Assembly: GCF_052425735.1 (NCBI RefSeq)
Contig: NC_135763.1
Location: 11,966,001 to 12,030,000 of the forward strand
Reading direction: 5' to 3'
Length of the DNA stretch: 64,000 nt
Source: Oculina patagonica
Taxonomy: Eukaryota
Part shown: piece by piece, positions 52,190-64,000 of the stretch
Position numbering within the stretch: the stretch's first letter is position 1
Layout of the letters: the number at the start of each line of letters is the position of its first letter
Translations under genes and position numbers: made by a program
The notes under the pieces: generated by a model
Told to the model about the DNA's origin: nothing
The model's input: only the letters and a program-made list of their open reading frames with translations
Database searches by the model: none

Positions 52190-52500
52190 CAGTCCGTACT
52201 GCGCAGACTCGGGGTTTGTTTTCGTTTTTGTTTTGAATTCGTTGAAACGTTACACTTCGTTGACAGCATACATGAAGTTTTTTAGTCCGCCATTACAGTT
52301 CGCATCGTTCAAGAATTTCCGATGAGCTGAAACGTCGGTTTGAAATAGCGTCAAGGTTCTTCTACTTGTTATTATTTGTTCTGCAAGGATATCTGGCGTT
52401 AATAATGAAGAAACAGGTAAGTTTGTCGCGTAATTTTTAGTTTTGCTTTGTTTGTGAGGCTCACATAAACATTGCAGCCGAGATTGCGCAGTACGGACTG
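52190..52500. mobile_element. MITE
   Basis: TIR CAGTCCGTACTGCGCA.ACTCGG / CCGAGATTGCGCAGTACGGACTG. Confidence 0.7.
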
Positions 52501-53253
52501 TAATTCATCTTTAAATGAACAAACAAATATTGTGAATTGAAAGTAAACTGCTTAAGAAGGTGGAAGGCAAACCGACAATGGCTATTTAGATAGAGTAGTT
52601 GAGAAACTGAACTCGAGGCTTTCGAGAACAACTACTCCAGCTTCAACAAGTGGCAGTATTGAGAATAAGCACAAGAATTGTTCGCTTTGTGTTTCAACAA
52701 TCCATCTCACACGGAATAAATTTGTCAAAAGACTGAGATTGCATTTCACTGATGGTTCTAAAGAAAAATCAATCAATGTTGGCAAAAGAATTTCACGTCA
52801 GCTGTCAAGATTGCCAATAGCAAAAGCAAATAGCAATCAAGCTAAAATCAGAATTTAATTTACCCAGCTTTCGAAGACATTAAGCAATATTAAAAATTAA
52901 TACGAAGCTTGACACATTAACTTGACATTCATTATTCATTCATCATTCATTATGACCCCTCATAATTCATAATTCGACATTTATTTGTCCATCAGAAAAA
53001 ATTTCTAGCTTCGAAAACACTTGAAAACACATCATCATCATTATTATTATCTTTATAAGCTCGAAACATATAATGAAAATACAAAAAAGTAGATAAATAT
53101 ACCGAAATAAAATTATACAATATATTTATGTATCTTAAGATTTGATTTTGGAGATAGGCTTTAGCCTTACCGTGTCTATTTGTAAAAGGAGTTGACAACA
53201 AATAAAGGATCGCATAGTCATTTATAACTGAATCAACTTAAAAGTGCGTTGGA

Positions 53254-53539
53254 TAGAGCGGTTTTCACTTGAGTGTCGAAAGTAATTTGCGTTTGCTTTG
53301 GTTTTGCGTTCACTACGCGTAGTGATTGGTTTAAAAATTTCTCGCCACTTTCTCGGCCAATCAGGAGTAAAACCAAAACCAATTGTGACTCGCTCGCGCA
53401 CGTTTTCCCGCGCTTCGTGCCAACTAAATGTAATTGCTTCGAGTTTTGATTGGCTGACTGGATTGTCTGTGTCCTTTGTGATTGGCTAGAGTAATTACTT
53501 TGGTTTTGGTTTTACGACACTCAATTGAAAACTGCTCTA
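53254..53539. mobile_element. MITE rich in GATTGG motifs
   Basis: TIR TAGAGCGGTTTTCACTTGAGTGTCG / CGACACTCAATTGAAAACTGCTCTA. Confidence 0.8.
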
Positions 53540-53802
53540 AAAGGTGACTATAACGAGTATTGGTCCGACAGAGCCTCACGAACAGAACAAATGACTTTAT
53601 TAATCGTCACCGGACTTAATCACTGATGTGCTAATTCAGTTGACACTTAAAAATCGTGAACAAACCAAAACCACTCTTGCTAATTTCCACATTTTCCGGA
53701 ATCGCTTTAATTGTTTATGTAGATTTTAAATACAAGAAAACTATTACAAGCTGTCGACTGTATGCGTTAAAGAATGTCAGAAATTATTTTATTATATATT
53801 AA

Positions 53803-54651
53803 GGAGGCTCGATGTAGTTTTTTTAGCCGAAGGGTGGTTGTTTTGAAAATTAAAATTATCTAGGAAGCCAATGTTCGATTTTTGCCAAAATACACCATAA
53901 TGATCAAAATATGACCAAATTTTAATTTTGTACTTGTCACTTGGTCACAAAGGTTACCATAGCAACCATTGACGTTTTCTTTTGTTCTCAAACAAGCTTG
54001 GTTTTCTCGAAATCTAGACTAACACTTGGTATTCATTTTTTGATATGTTCAAGTACAGTAGATTTACTACCTGTGCTCAAAATTTTAGGAAAATCTGTAA
54101 GAGCGTTTTAGAGTAAATCAAGAATGAAGTTTTTGGTATTTTCTTATAATTTCTTACAATCGGCAGTCGATATATTTTAACAAATTAAAGCAAAAAGTCT
54201 TTCGCTTTTAGTTAATGGTCTTTGATGGTGTAAGTATTTATATTTCAGTGAGAGAAACTGTGCTCAAATAATACGAAACAATTTTAAGGCGCCTATTTTA
54301 TATTAAAACGGTGTTTTTCTGAAAATTTCATTCTTGATTTACTTGAAAACGCTCTTACAGATTTTTCTAAAATTTCGTCAACAGTTAGTCAATCTACTAA
54401 ACTTTAACATATCAAAAAATAAACACCAAGTGTCAGTCTAGATTTCGAGAAAATGAAGCTTGTTTGAGAACAAAAGAAAACGTCAATCGTTGCTATGGTA
54501 ACCGTTGTGACTAAGTGACGGGTAAAAAATTAAAATTTGATCACATTTGATCATTATGGTGTATTTTGGCAAAAATCGAACATTGGCTTCCTAGGTAATT
54601 TTAATTTTCAAAACAACCACCCTTAGTCTAAAAAAAATACATCGAGCCTCC
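53803..54651. mobile_element. Foldback element with about 330-bp arms and TTAA TSD (Kolobok-like termini)
   Basis: TTAA|GGAGGCTCGATG...CATCGAGCCTCC|TTAA; arms 53803-54133 and 54322-54651. An arm fragment recurs at about 55835-55913. Confidence 0.88.
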
Positions 54652-55063
54652 TTAAGAAATTTAAGTATTTCGGTGGCTGCAAACAATTTTGAAAGTGAGT
54701 ATGCCGTAATTCAGCACTTGGGTAACATTCATTGTTTTCGAGTTTCCTCGTTGGTATCAAACTATAGACAGTCTCACTTCAGAAGGTTATTTTTGTACCT
54801 GAAAACTTTGGATGATCTTTCCCTCTAGCAATACTGTGTACGTTTACAACGTTTATGCACTATTTCACTATTTCATTCCGACTTTTAACTTTCGCGCGGT
54901 ACCGAGACAAAATTATTCAATAATCGTACCGCACACTGACATTTGTCAATGTGGCTGTCTCTCTGCCACTGTGAAGTTCAATTTTTGTTATACTGTAATG
55001 CTATTTCTGCGAGGTATTGTTTCATCATTTTTTTATCTTCAGATTTACGCCAGTTTCTTGTAT

Positions 55064-55465
55064 TACCGTAATGATTCGATTTAGCGCCCGGAGCGCTTAT
55101 TTACTTTTGGCACCTCGAGGGAGGGCGATTATTCGAGACAGGGCGCTTATTTAATTTTTTGAGAAACAACCAAATGTATCTAACAATAACAAAAACTGTA
55201 ACAGTTAGAAATTGTTAAAAGTTCAGTTACTTTTAAACTAATTGTTCATTTTATATTAGCAGTAAATATATATACATGAACTGTACGGTGAACGGTCAGG
55301 AGTTTATCTAGTTGACGTCAATGACTTCAGTAGGGGCAGTTATCCACAATAGGGGCAGTTATTAGAAGAGGGGTCCTTATAAGAATGGGGGCACTAATTA
55401 GAATGGGGGCGCTCATTGGAATAGGGGCGCTTATTTACAAAAACACATTGAAGGGGGGGGGGGGC
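55064..55465. mobile_element. Truncated TA-CCGTA type MITE
   Basis: Starts TACCGTA; multiple GGGGCGCTTATT-like repeats; right end not found. Confidence 0.5.
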
Positions 55466-55908
55466 TCGTATCTGCGAGAACAGAGAAAGTTAAATTTGAG
55501 TTTAAGGCTGAGTAAATCTTGAATCCTATTTTTAACAAACACATGCTTCAGGTGATGCTTGCTGCTTCTCCAAAACTACACAACTTAGCAGTCCCACGAA
55601 TTGCGCAAAAAGGGCCTAGACAAATCGAACTGCAAGAATTCTCAGAGATCTGCTAAACATTATTTGCAAGACCTGGCCAAACGGACACGCAAGTAATCGC
55701 AAGCAGTCACAAGTTGAATTTGCGTACAGACTTGCTTTGGGTGGCCAAACAGGCTCGCAAGTTGACCGGCAAATGCACGAAGTTTTCATATAAAAAACAT
55801 TTTAAGGCTAACGCGCGCGCTGTGTACATCAGGTCAATTTTTGCCAGAATACACCATAATGAACAAATATGACCAAAGTTTAATTTTTACTGGTCGCTAA
55901 TTCACCTG

Positions 55909-56960
55909 GTCACTTACTCTCTCACTTTTGATGAACAATAGGTTCATGTTAAACAGGAATCTAAAAGCAAGTTATAAATGTAAAGCCTGCTCATTGCTTT
56001 GTTGTTTTGTAGAAGATGCGTTTAAAGAAAGTAGGTTAATAAGTTTATAATTTGTGGTTCTATTAGACTTCTGGTTCAGTATTGCAAATGATGAGTCTAT
56101 TTAAAATCTGCATCCGGGTCTTACTTTAAGTGATTAAAATGAGTGACTCAGGATTTGTTCTGTTTATCACAGCCATTTTACTCTCTAAAACCTATCAATC
56201 AATCAATGTTTATTTGCCCCATTCGATAGTGTAAATTATCTGATATTCACTGCATCTTATTTGTCTGGCCACGTGATTCAGTTAAGTAACTAAGTACTAT
56301 GCAAAATAACACTTTTATTATCATATACCGTAGAATTCCGGTTATAAGCCCTGGGCTTATTCAACTTCGTAAGGGGTTTTGGGTGGGCTTATAAGCGGAG
56401 GGGCTTATATCCGGGAGGGCTTATATGCGGAATGAAAAAAACGTTTCAAAACGAGCCACGGGAGTGTTGATGACAATACGTTTTTAAGTTAAAACACATA
56501 ATAAAGCAACATCTAGCCCTATTCAGTACTGTCATCTGGTAGAGGGGGGATTATATCCGGGGGGGGCTTATAACCGGGGGGGCTTATAAGAGGGGGGGGG
56601 GCTTATAACCGGAATTCTACGGTACCCGAATAGGGGTTTTAGTAGTAATTTACAAATAATAACGACTTATGACTATCCAAATGACAAATGACTTTCTGTG
56701 GCTATCAAGATAAAGAACTAAGACTTAGTTTTAAGCGAGTGATGCTAACAGGGGATCACTAAGGTTTTTGTTACGGCTGTCTCTAGTTGTCTTTATAAAA
56801 GTGTGAATTGTAAATGTAGCTGCCTGAAAAACCACGAAGGAAGACTTGTTTTACTTCTGTGAGCTGTCTTACCTTTAAACAACAATATTAGTGTTAACGT
56901 TGGTACAGTTTAAACTGCTGTTAGTGCTGAATGCTAAAATAAAATGTCATAAACTATGTT
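55909..56960 (+). pseudogene. Ghost paralog F: last 10 codons (VTYSLTFDEQ*) plus 3' UTR of a deleted olfactomedin gene
   Basis: 55909-55941 GTCACTTACTCTCTCACTTTTGATGAACAATAG matches the B/D C-termini (VTYSLTFEEK/H*). It is followed by sequence matching the paralog 3' UTRs, up to the conserved AATAAA block at 56938-56943. Confidence 0.8.
56328..56622. mobile_element. Tc1/mariner-type MITE with TA TSD, young
   Basis: TA|CCGTAGAATTCCGGTTATAAGCCC...GGGCTTATAACCGGAATTCTACGG|TA; perfect TIR. Confidence 0.9.
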
Positions 56961-57668
56961 TTGGCTATTTTTTGGATGGTAAGTAGGGAACACAGGGAAA
57001 ATTTAGGCCCTATTTACAAGGAAAAAGAATGATTCTAGCATAGGATAATCCAAGCGCTAGGATCATACACTTTGACTTGGGCAAACAAGCCCTTTCACCA
57101 GCAAAAGCTAGTGAATCACATATACCCAATTTGCTAGTAAAAAAATGAAAGATATTTTGACCATTACCTTTTTTGAAATATATAGATATATTCGTACATT
57201 TATTTGCGAACAATTTACATGCTGCCACTTTTTTCCACTCTTAACACACTTTTTTAAATTTGTTGTTAGTCCCGCCATCAAATTACACCTTAGATTACAC
57301 TTATTTTTTGGATGAGAGCATTTTTGACAAGAAGTAAGGGTTTAGGCTGAAAATTGGCCAAAACTCTGAGAACATGCTGTGAACATACCCAGGCTGAGAT
57401 TCACTTAAGGTAATTCCATTGAAATAGAACTGCCCATAGATTTTCAATCAAACTTTGCCCGTTGAATGATAACCTTAAGGGATCTTAAAGGGTCGCTGTT
57501 TTCGTTTAGGTGCATGAACAGCTTATATATACCACATAATTATATAAATTTATCAGCTTCCAGAAACTTCATATTTAAACCGTTCAGTTTACGCTTCGTG
57601 AGAGCAAAAAAGCAGAGAGAAAAGGAAGTGTAAGGGGAGGGAAAGGAGAGGGGAGTGTAAATATTATT

Positions 57669-57787
57669 TATAAGGCTAAAACATTATAAAAATTAAAGAG
57701 AAACCAAACGTTTTCGACTTGTTGCTGTCCTGATGATGACAACAAGTCGAAAACGTTTGGTTTCTTTTTAAATTTTTTAGCCTTGTA
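57669..57787. repeat. Foldback hairpin, possible Penelope-like remnant
   Basis: GAAACCAAACGTTTTCGACTTGTTG / CAACAAGTCGAAAACGTTTGGTTTC around CTGTCCTGATGATGA. Confidence 0.6.
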
Positions 57788-59759
57788 AATAATACTTTTA
57801 CAACAATAAATGTAACGCATCAATTTCATGGAACAATTTATGTATGTTTCATGATAAATGTACGCACTTCTAATCCACATTAATTAAATATGTTCCTAGT
57901 ACGCAGTGTTCTCGAGGCCATAATTATCTTTTTACGAGTAGTATCAAAAGAGTATTTTGTACGAGTATTTTTCTGCCATAGTAATTGATTGCATTTATTT
58001 TATAGAAAGTATTTGAACGCTGCACTCAAACTAAGCAAAGCAAATGATGGGTCCCCGCACTCGTTTACTAGAAAACGACGATTTCTCTCTCGCGCGAGCC
58101 AAGCCGCTTAGGAAACCCCTGTAGAAAAAAACGGTCTTTTTGTTTATGTGGGCGCTAATTACGCTTCAAATTCTGCACAGTAAGGATGCGCAATGCAATA
58201 CTAAGGAATCACCTTAAAACTCCGCGTTGGGTACTGGCCTTTTTATAGTTCGGTGGACTGGAGTGGCGGGGGGAGAGGGGGTGGACCAGGCAAAATCCAG
58301 TCCCCGAGAACTGATTGAACTCTTGTGACCATAGTTGCTAAGCAATATGACTTATCTTGTTTCATGCTGGCGTGACAATTTACCGAGTACTCGTCAGTGC
58401 TCATTCGATTTTTGATTGAATAAAAGACCCTCCCACGGGTTTTTCACCTTTAGATAATAGCCATGTAGCGAAAAATTACCGATGCTGCGAAAGAGATCAA
58501 GAGCACCTCAAAATTAGTAAAATGGCCAAGTTCGTGAGTCGAATCATGTCAAATCGCAAAGTTATAGCGAAAACTGATGTTGCACAAAGTCAGAAAATTT
58601 TAAAAGCCCATTTCCCCCCTTCCCTGTAAAATTTCCCCACTTTTTAGAACCATATTTTCCTTTTTTTTTATTTCAAGATATGAATCTTTTCAGTTGTTTC
58701 GATAGATTTTCCCTTCTTTGGTCGATATATAAAATTGCAAAACGAAAACCGTGGAAGGGTCTGGCAAATTCTTCGAATGCTATAACGAAGATGGCCAAAA
58801 GCATGCTCCTAAGACTGTAGCGTACAATTTGTCTAAAAATTTTGTGTTGCCGATGATGTCACAAAGTCCAAAATATCCGTTAACTTTGATTTCAAGATTT
58901 TTCTACAATTTCATTAGAAAATCCCCTCGAATATGAAAGTTTTTATTCTTCCTTAACGCGCTCATTCTTATTCATTGCACAAGTAAAGTTAAGATCCTCG
59001 CGATTCATTTTCACATTTTATTTCAGCAATCAGCACTAACAGCAGTTCAAACAGTACCAACACTTTGATATTTTGATCCAAAGTTAGGTCAGCTCACAGA
59101 AGTAAGACGAGTCCTCCTTTGTGATTTTAAGCAGCTTCTTTTACAATTCCCACTCTTCCAGGCAATCCGCCGAGACAATCAAAACAACGATCTTGGTGCA
59201 AATCTGATAAAATCACGGCTTGCAAATATGTCTAAGTCCAACTGAGTCCAAGTTCTTTATCACTAATTAAGCTGAAAGTTAAGTCTTATTTCGATATTTC
59301 CTCTTCTGGACAGCCACGGGATTCCGTTTTTGTTCTGCTTGTCACAGTTAATAGTCACTTGGCTATCCAAATAAAGAACTAGGCCTTAGATTCAGCGAGT
59401 AATTTTAACAGACAAAGATCTTGGACCTAGTTAGACTTAAACATATTTGCATATGATTTTAACATATTTGCACAAAGGTCTCTGTTTTGACTGTCTCGGT
59501 TTGTCAGGAAATGTCTGAATTGTAAATATAGCTGCTAAAAAACACAAAGCAAGACTAGTCTTACTTCTGTGAGCTGGCCTAACTTTGAATCGAAACGTCG
59601 AAGACTGAATCCGGAAGTCTGAAAACTAAGCGCATCTTCTACAAAACAGCGAAGCAATCAGCAAGTTTAGCATTCATCACTTGCTTTTTAAAGCACGCGA
59701 TGAAAGTTAAACTTGCTGATTGCTTAAAAGATCTTAAAAGATCCATGTCTTACAAGAAT

Positions 59760-62716
59760 CTAATGTTCCTCAAAAGTGAGGGAGTAAGTGACTTGACGCT
59801 TGTTGTCCCAAGCGTACAGGACTCTTTCTCTGGGGTTGTAGTCCACCATGTAGGTGCCACCATACTGGTTTGTGAACTGTATGTTGGGGTTCCACTGTTT
59901 TCCTGTCTTGGTGTCGTAAGCAAAGTTGATGGTGGTGGACCTGCTGCTGTAGTGGTCGATACAGTAGATCACTCCACAGGCCACAAAAGCATTTCCCATG
60001 GAGGTCATTTGTTCTGTGCAATATGGCAACAAAGAAACAAGTTCTTAGCCTGAGAGATATATAACTTGTAAATATTGGTACTCAGTTAATACAAATGTAT
60101 TAGCATGTCTTTTGACTGATAACAAAGAAAGGTCAAAATACTTATCTCAGTCACCAAGTCTAATTTTGCAGTTTGGAGATGGCTTCATTTTCTTTCTCAT
60201 TTGCGACTTAAATTAATTATAAACACTCGTAACTGATAAGCAAATTCTTTTTCCCGTAAGTAACACTGTGTGCTCACCTGTACTCAAGCTCCAAGTGTGG
60301 GTATATCTGTTTTGGGTAACATCAATTTTGTATGCGTACAGTCGCTTGCTGTTCCCCGTACTACCGAACAATGCCCACAATCCCTGCTCGTCAACTGCCA
60401 GGTCCATTCCACTGTAACCACCCCACTGGTAGTAGTTCTTCCTTGGTGAATAAGTACTCACGCTTATTTGAGCCTCGACGCGCTCTGTTTGCAGATTGTA
60501 CTTGACGATGTAGTATGTATTGGCTCTGTTACGACAAGACAAAATTTCTTTAGGCCTTATTTTATTTAATTATTTTTAACTTGGAAGGCTGATTTAACAC
60601 TGGAACTTTTGTTAGTTCTGTTTACTCAAAATGAACAAGGTGTTGCCAAAACACCGTGCTATTTGCATCATTATGAAAAACCTCTAGAAAATGGGCTTAA
60701 CAAGAAAAAGGGGCTCGTTGTAGATGAGACACCGAAGTTTATGTGATCATCATCGAGAAGAATACCAGTGTTTTTTTATAATGCTGGTAAAACGTCCTTG
60801 AGACACTTTAAAGTATTTATTGGCTGTATTGGCTCTGTCTGTAGCGGTTCACATTTATATTAAAACTGAATCAAAATCAGGAAGTGCTGCAAACAGCTCC
60901 AGGGCCGTAACCAGCAAGAGGCAAGACGAGGCACACTGGAGGCACTTGCCTCGCCTTAATTTTAACCCAAAATTAAAAACAAAATATATTTTGTTGGGAA
61001 AAAAAACACCAGTTGAACAAGATGGACTTTTTTTTTCCAGAAATATACCTTATGAAAAATGTTTAAGAAAGAGTTTCAAAGCTTCTAGCTCTCCAAATTT
61101 TCTGAAGAGCATGTCTCCAGAACCTCCAAGCAAGATCTTGCCTCGTCTATGGCAAAAGTCTGGATACGGCCCTGAGCATTTTTCATTTCAAAAACGCTTT
61201 GTGAAAGTAATTTTGGCAAAGTAAGCGTCTCATTCGAAAAAAGGCATTTCCTTTCATCATCTTTTCTTTTCTAATTTTCCGCGTATATTTTTGAAAAGTC
61301 ACTCAAATTGCACTAAAAACAGCTCAGTTGCTGAAATGTCTTTATCTTTGAATCTACATTGAAAGAAATAATTTAGAAAATTCAGTGAATTAATAAGTAA
61401 ACGAGTGAAATGTCATACCTGTTGAAGTAAAGGTATGGTCCATACACCACTGCTCCAGTTCCATCCCAATAGTAAGGCAGTTTGTACGTCTTATGAACCA
61501 CGTTTGCTTTTAACTTGTCCATGTTTTCATACTCATAAACCACGTATTGGTTGTAATAGTCCATAACGAAGATGGTCTCAGTACCCATGATTCCTAGTGG
61601 GTCTTTCATCCAGGCTCCGTAACTGTAATATCGAGCGTTGTGAGTGACAGGTTTACCAACAGACTTGATATTAGTACAGCGATCTGCAAGAAAACGACAG
61701 AAAACAAAAGGCGTTATTTTATGGACTAAACGTACCTTTTTATTTGATGCCCACATTATCCAAATGAAGTACGACGAAAATATCATTTTTACATCAGATA
61801 CTCATAGCACGATCAGAGCTGTACGATTTTAGCGAGTGATATGGAATGGGCTATCAACAAACCTCTCTCGAGAATATAAACACTCTCCTTTGCTTTGTCC
61901 AAGTCGTGCTGTTCATCAATAATCATCTTAAGCAGCTAAAAATGAAAATAACAAGAATAGGACATGAAGTGCTAGCATATTTAGTCATATCTGAATAGTT
62001 ACTGAACAAGACTGCCTGCATTCAATCTGCGTGGACTTAGCGCGTTTAAGAGAGAATGCAAAACACGTTTTAATCTACTAACTGTAGAAAAAAATGGTAG
62101 CTTCTTACACTTTTTCAGTCTTTTAATAAAGGCTGACATTAAACCATTAAACCAATTGAAGGCTGAATAGGCTTTTCTTTTACTCAAACATTTGTTGTAA
62201 TTATGAAATGGGAGAGGATGTCATTTTTGGTATATTTTAATTGTAAGTGGTTTGCTAAATCTACCCCCGGTAAAAAATAACGCAACACTTACATGCTTCT
62301 TTGCCAACTCGAGAGCAAGATCTTTTATTGATAGCTTCGACGAGTGATGCCGATTCCGGTATGACGACAAGCCTCGCTTGGTCCGAACATTGGCCGAGGA
62401 ATTGCCGAGCACATCTCCCTGGAAAGATAATGTATATGAACAAATATATAAGTGTCCATAAAGCTCAAGATTTTTTCATTTTCCTGCTAGTGAAAAAACA
62501 TCCATTTTCTCCATACAATATATTAATACTTTGCCAGACAAACAAGTGTTAAGAATAAAGAAAATCATTAACAGTATTTTTTTTTTGATGCATCGCCAAA
62601 TTCAAAAAACTAACATTAAGGAAAATGTGCAGTGAACAATTATGAGATTTTACATTTTGAACGAACTGCAAACTCACCAAAAGTAGAACAAGGAGGCAAA
62701 AGAGATATCGAAACAT
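59760..62716 (-). CDS. Gene D: secreted olfactomedin-domain protein, 334 aa
   Basis: Exons 62716-62678 (MFRYLFCLLVLLL), 62418-62293 (GDVLGNSSANVRTKRGLS...LAKKH), 61935-61863 (LLKMIIDEQHDLDKAKESVYILER), 61683-61419, 60525-60278, 60013-59760. GT-AG, 1005 nt in frame. Most compact copy. Confidence 0.93.
60900..61174. mobile_element. MITE in gene D intron 5
   Basis: TIR CAGGGCCGTAACCAG / CTGGATACGGCCCTG; no clear TSD. Confidence 0.65.
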
Positions 62717-62818
62717 CTTGTAGGCGAAATGACTCTTGTAATCTGCAAAAAGAAAATGTTCAGTTATATTCCTTCCCTGCCTTTAGATAATCAGATGACA
62801 TTTCACTAACTCGCTTAC

Positions 62819-62943
62819 CCGAAGACTTCAAAATGTTCTCTCTTCAGCAATGAAGGTTGGGTTGTTCTTCTCTCGAAAGACTCCGATGAGAAATGACCTC
62901 CGCTCCAAGCAAGCCCTCTTTTATTGAGTCCTGCCATCACGTG
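62819..62943 (-). promoter_or_regulatory. Gene D non-coding exon 1 and core promoter
   Basis: Donor GTAAGC at 62818; exon is homologous to A/B exon 1 (TTCTCATCGGAG.CTTTCGAGAGAAGA); TCATTT Inr-like at 62894; variant TATA AATAAAAG 31 nt upstream; CACGTG at 62938-43. Confidence 0.55.
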
Positions 62944-64000
62944 CACGTTGATTAAATTAAGGAGACGAAAATTTTCTTGTTCTTAGAGCTGTTGCGTCAG
63001 CACTTTGTACATATGACGCACTTGTATTGTATCGCTATACAATACCAACAAAAATACATGAAAACAAACTGGAAACAAGGTATTTGTTGTTTGTAGTAAA
63101 TAATATACTCGGTCAAGGCGACTTCTTTTGTACGCTGATGAAAAAAATGCAGTTTTAATTGTTGAATAAAGTAGAAAAAAGTTAAAAGCCGGCTTTGTTT
63201 TATTCCTTTCCTATAATTATATTGAAAAAGTCATTTTTAACATCGCATTCAATCTTATAGTAGTAAGGCAAATTAAAAGTCTTAAAAGTCGAGTGTCAAG
63301 TACTGTCTGCATGTGATAGCTTTCCCTTAGTATGCGGCGTTGCCACATGATCATAAGCAAAAAAATCCGCAGCTTACTTGAACCAAATTTTAAATACGTA
63401 TTGTATAAGGCCATGTATCATTGTAACCTTTTCAAGAGAAACGAAAATAAAAATCTTTGAAAAATACAGACCTTATATGTGGCACGACCAAGAGGACTAA
63501 GTGATTCTATAAGAGTCAGAGAAAAAAATTCTTAACACTTTTGGTTTTCCTTGTTTGCTTAATTGACAAGGGAATCGAGCCTGACTTTTTAGGAATCGCA
63601 AAAACCGAGAGCTGCAGCTTTGCACCAAAAACTGTTGTTCTGCCTTTAACGATCATAATTTTAAATCATAATAATCGCGAAATTGCATATTACTTAAGTA
63701 ATTCACTGATTTGAGCCTGGCTTTATTGTATTCTTCAATACGCTATGAACCACATGACGGGTGATCTTTTGCCAATCACTTTTCAATCAAGTCTTGCCTT
63801 TTTGTTCGTATTTGCTTCGGCCGTTACGTTCAAAACAGTGTAAAACACGATTAAATCCTACAGAGGATTCTCACTAAACTAACGTTTTTCAAAGCCAAAG
63901 TACAAAAGTCATCAATGCTTTTTGAAAAAAAAAAACTGGGGAATAACATTTCCAAAAAAAGCTATATTTTGAGAGGATGTCACATCAGCGCTGGCTGGTT

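Noticed and set aside
52330-52422. Apparent exon ending in CAG|GTAAGT as a 5' exon of ghost gene F
   Set aside because: It lies inside a TIR-bounded MITE and has no similarity to the family's exons 1-3.

Overview
AT-rich eukaryotic (animal) genomic DNA with GT-AG introns, three assembly gaps and dense non-autonomous transposons. The repeat types resemble those of anthozoan/stony-coral genomes (inference, not searched). The window is a tandem cluster of paralogous genes for small secreted olfactomedin (OLF)-domain proteins. Each has a shared 7-exon layout (UTR exon, signal-peptide exon, propeptide exon with K-R/R-x-K-R convertase site, coiled-coil exon, three OLF exons), reconstructed by hand from splice sites and phases. 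Order: gene E (-, 5' half only, continues off the left edge), A (-), B (+), C (-), a deleted 'ghost' copy F (+, only the last 10 codons and 3' flank survive), D (-). A/B form an inverted head-to-head duplicate, and the C/F block repeats the A/B block. The OLF domains share a near-invariant scaffold with short hypervariable loops and a mosaic (recombination/gene-conversion-like) similarity pattern. Copy-specific changes: an added Cys pair in B, loss of a Ca2+-ligand Asp in C, a shifted splice acceptor in A, and a weakened furin site in E. Most ORFs in the supplied track are spurious.
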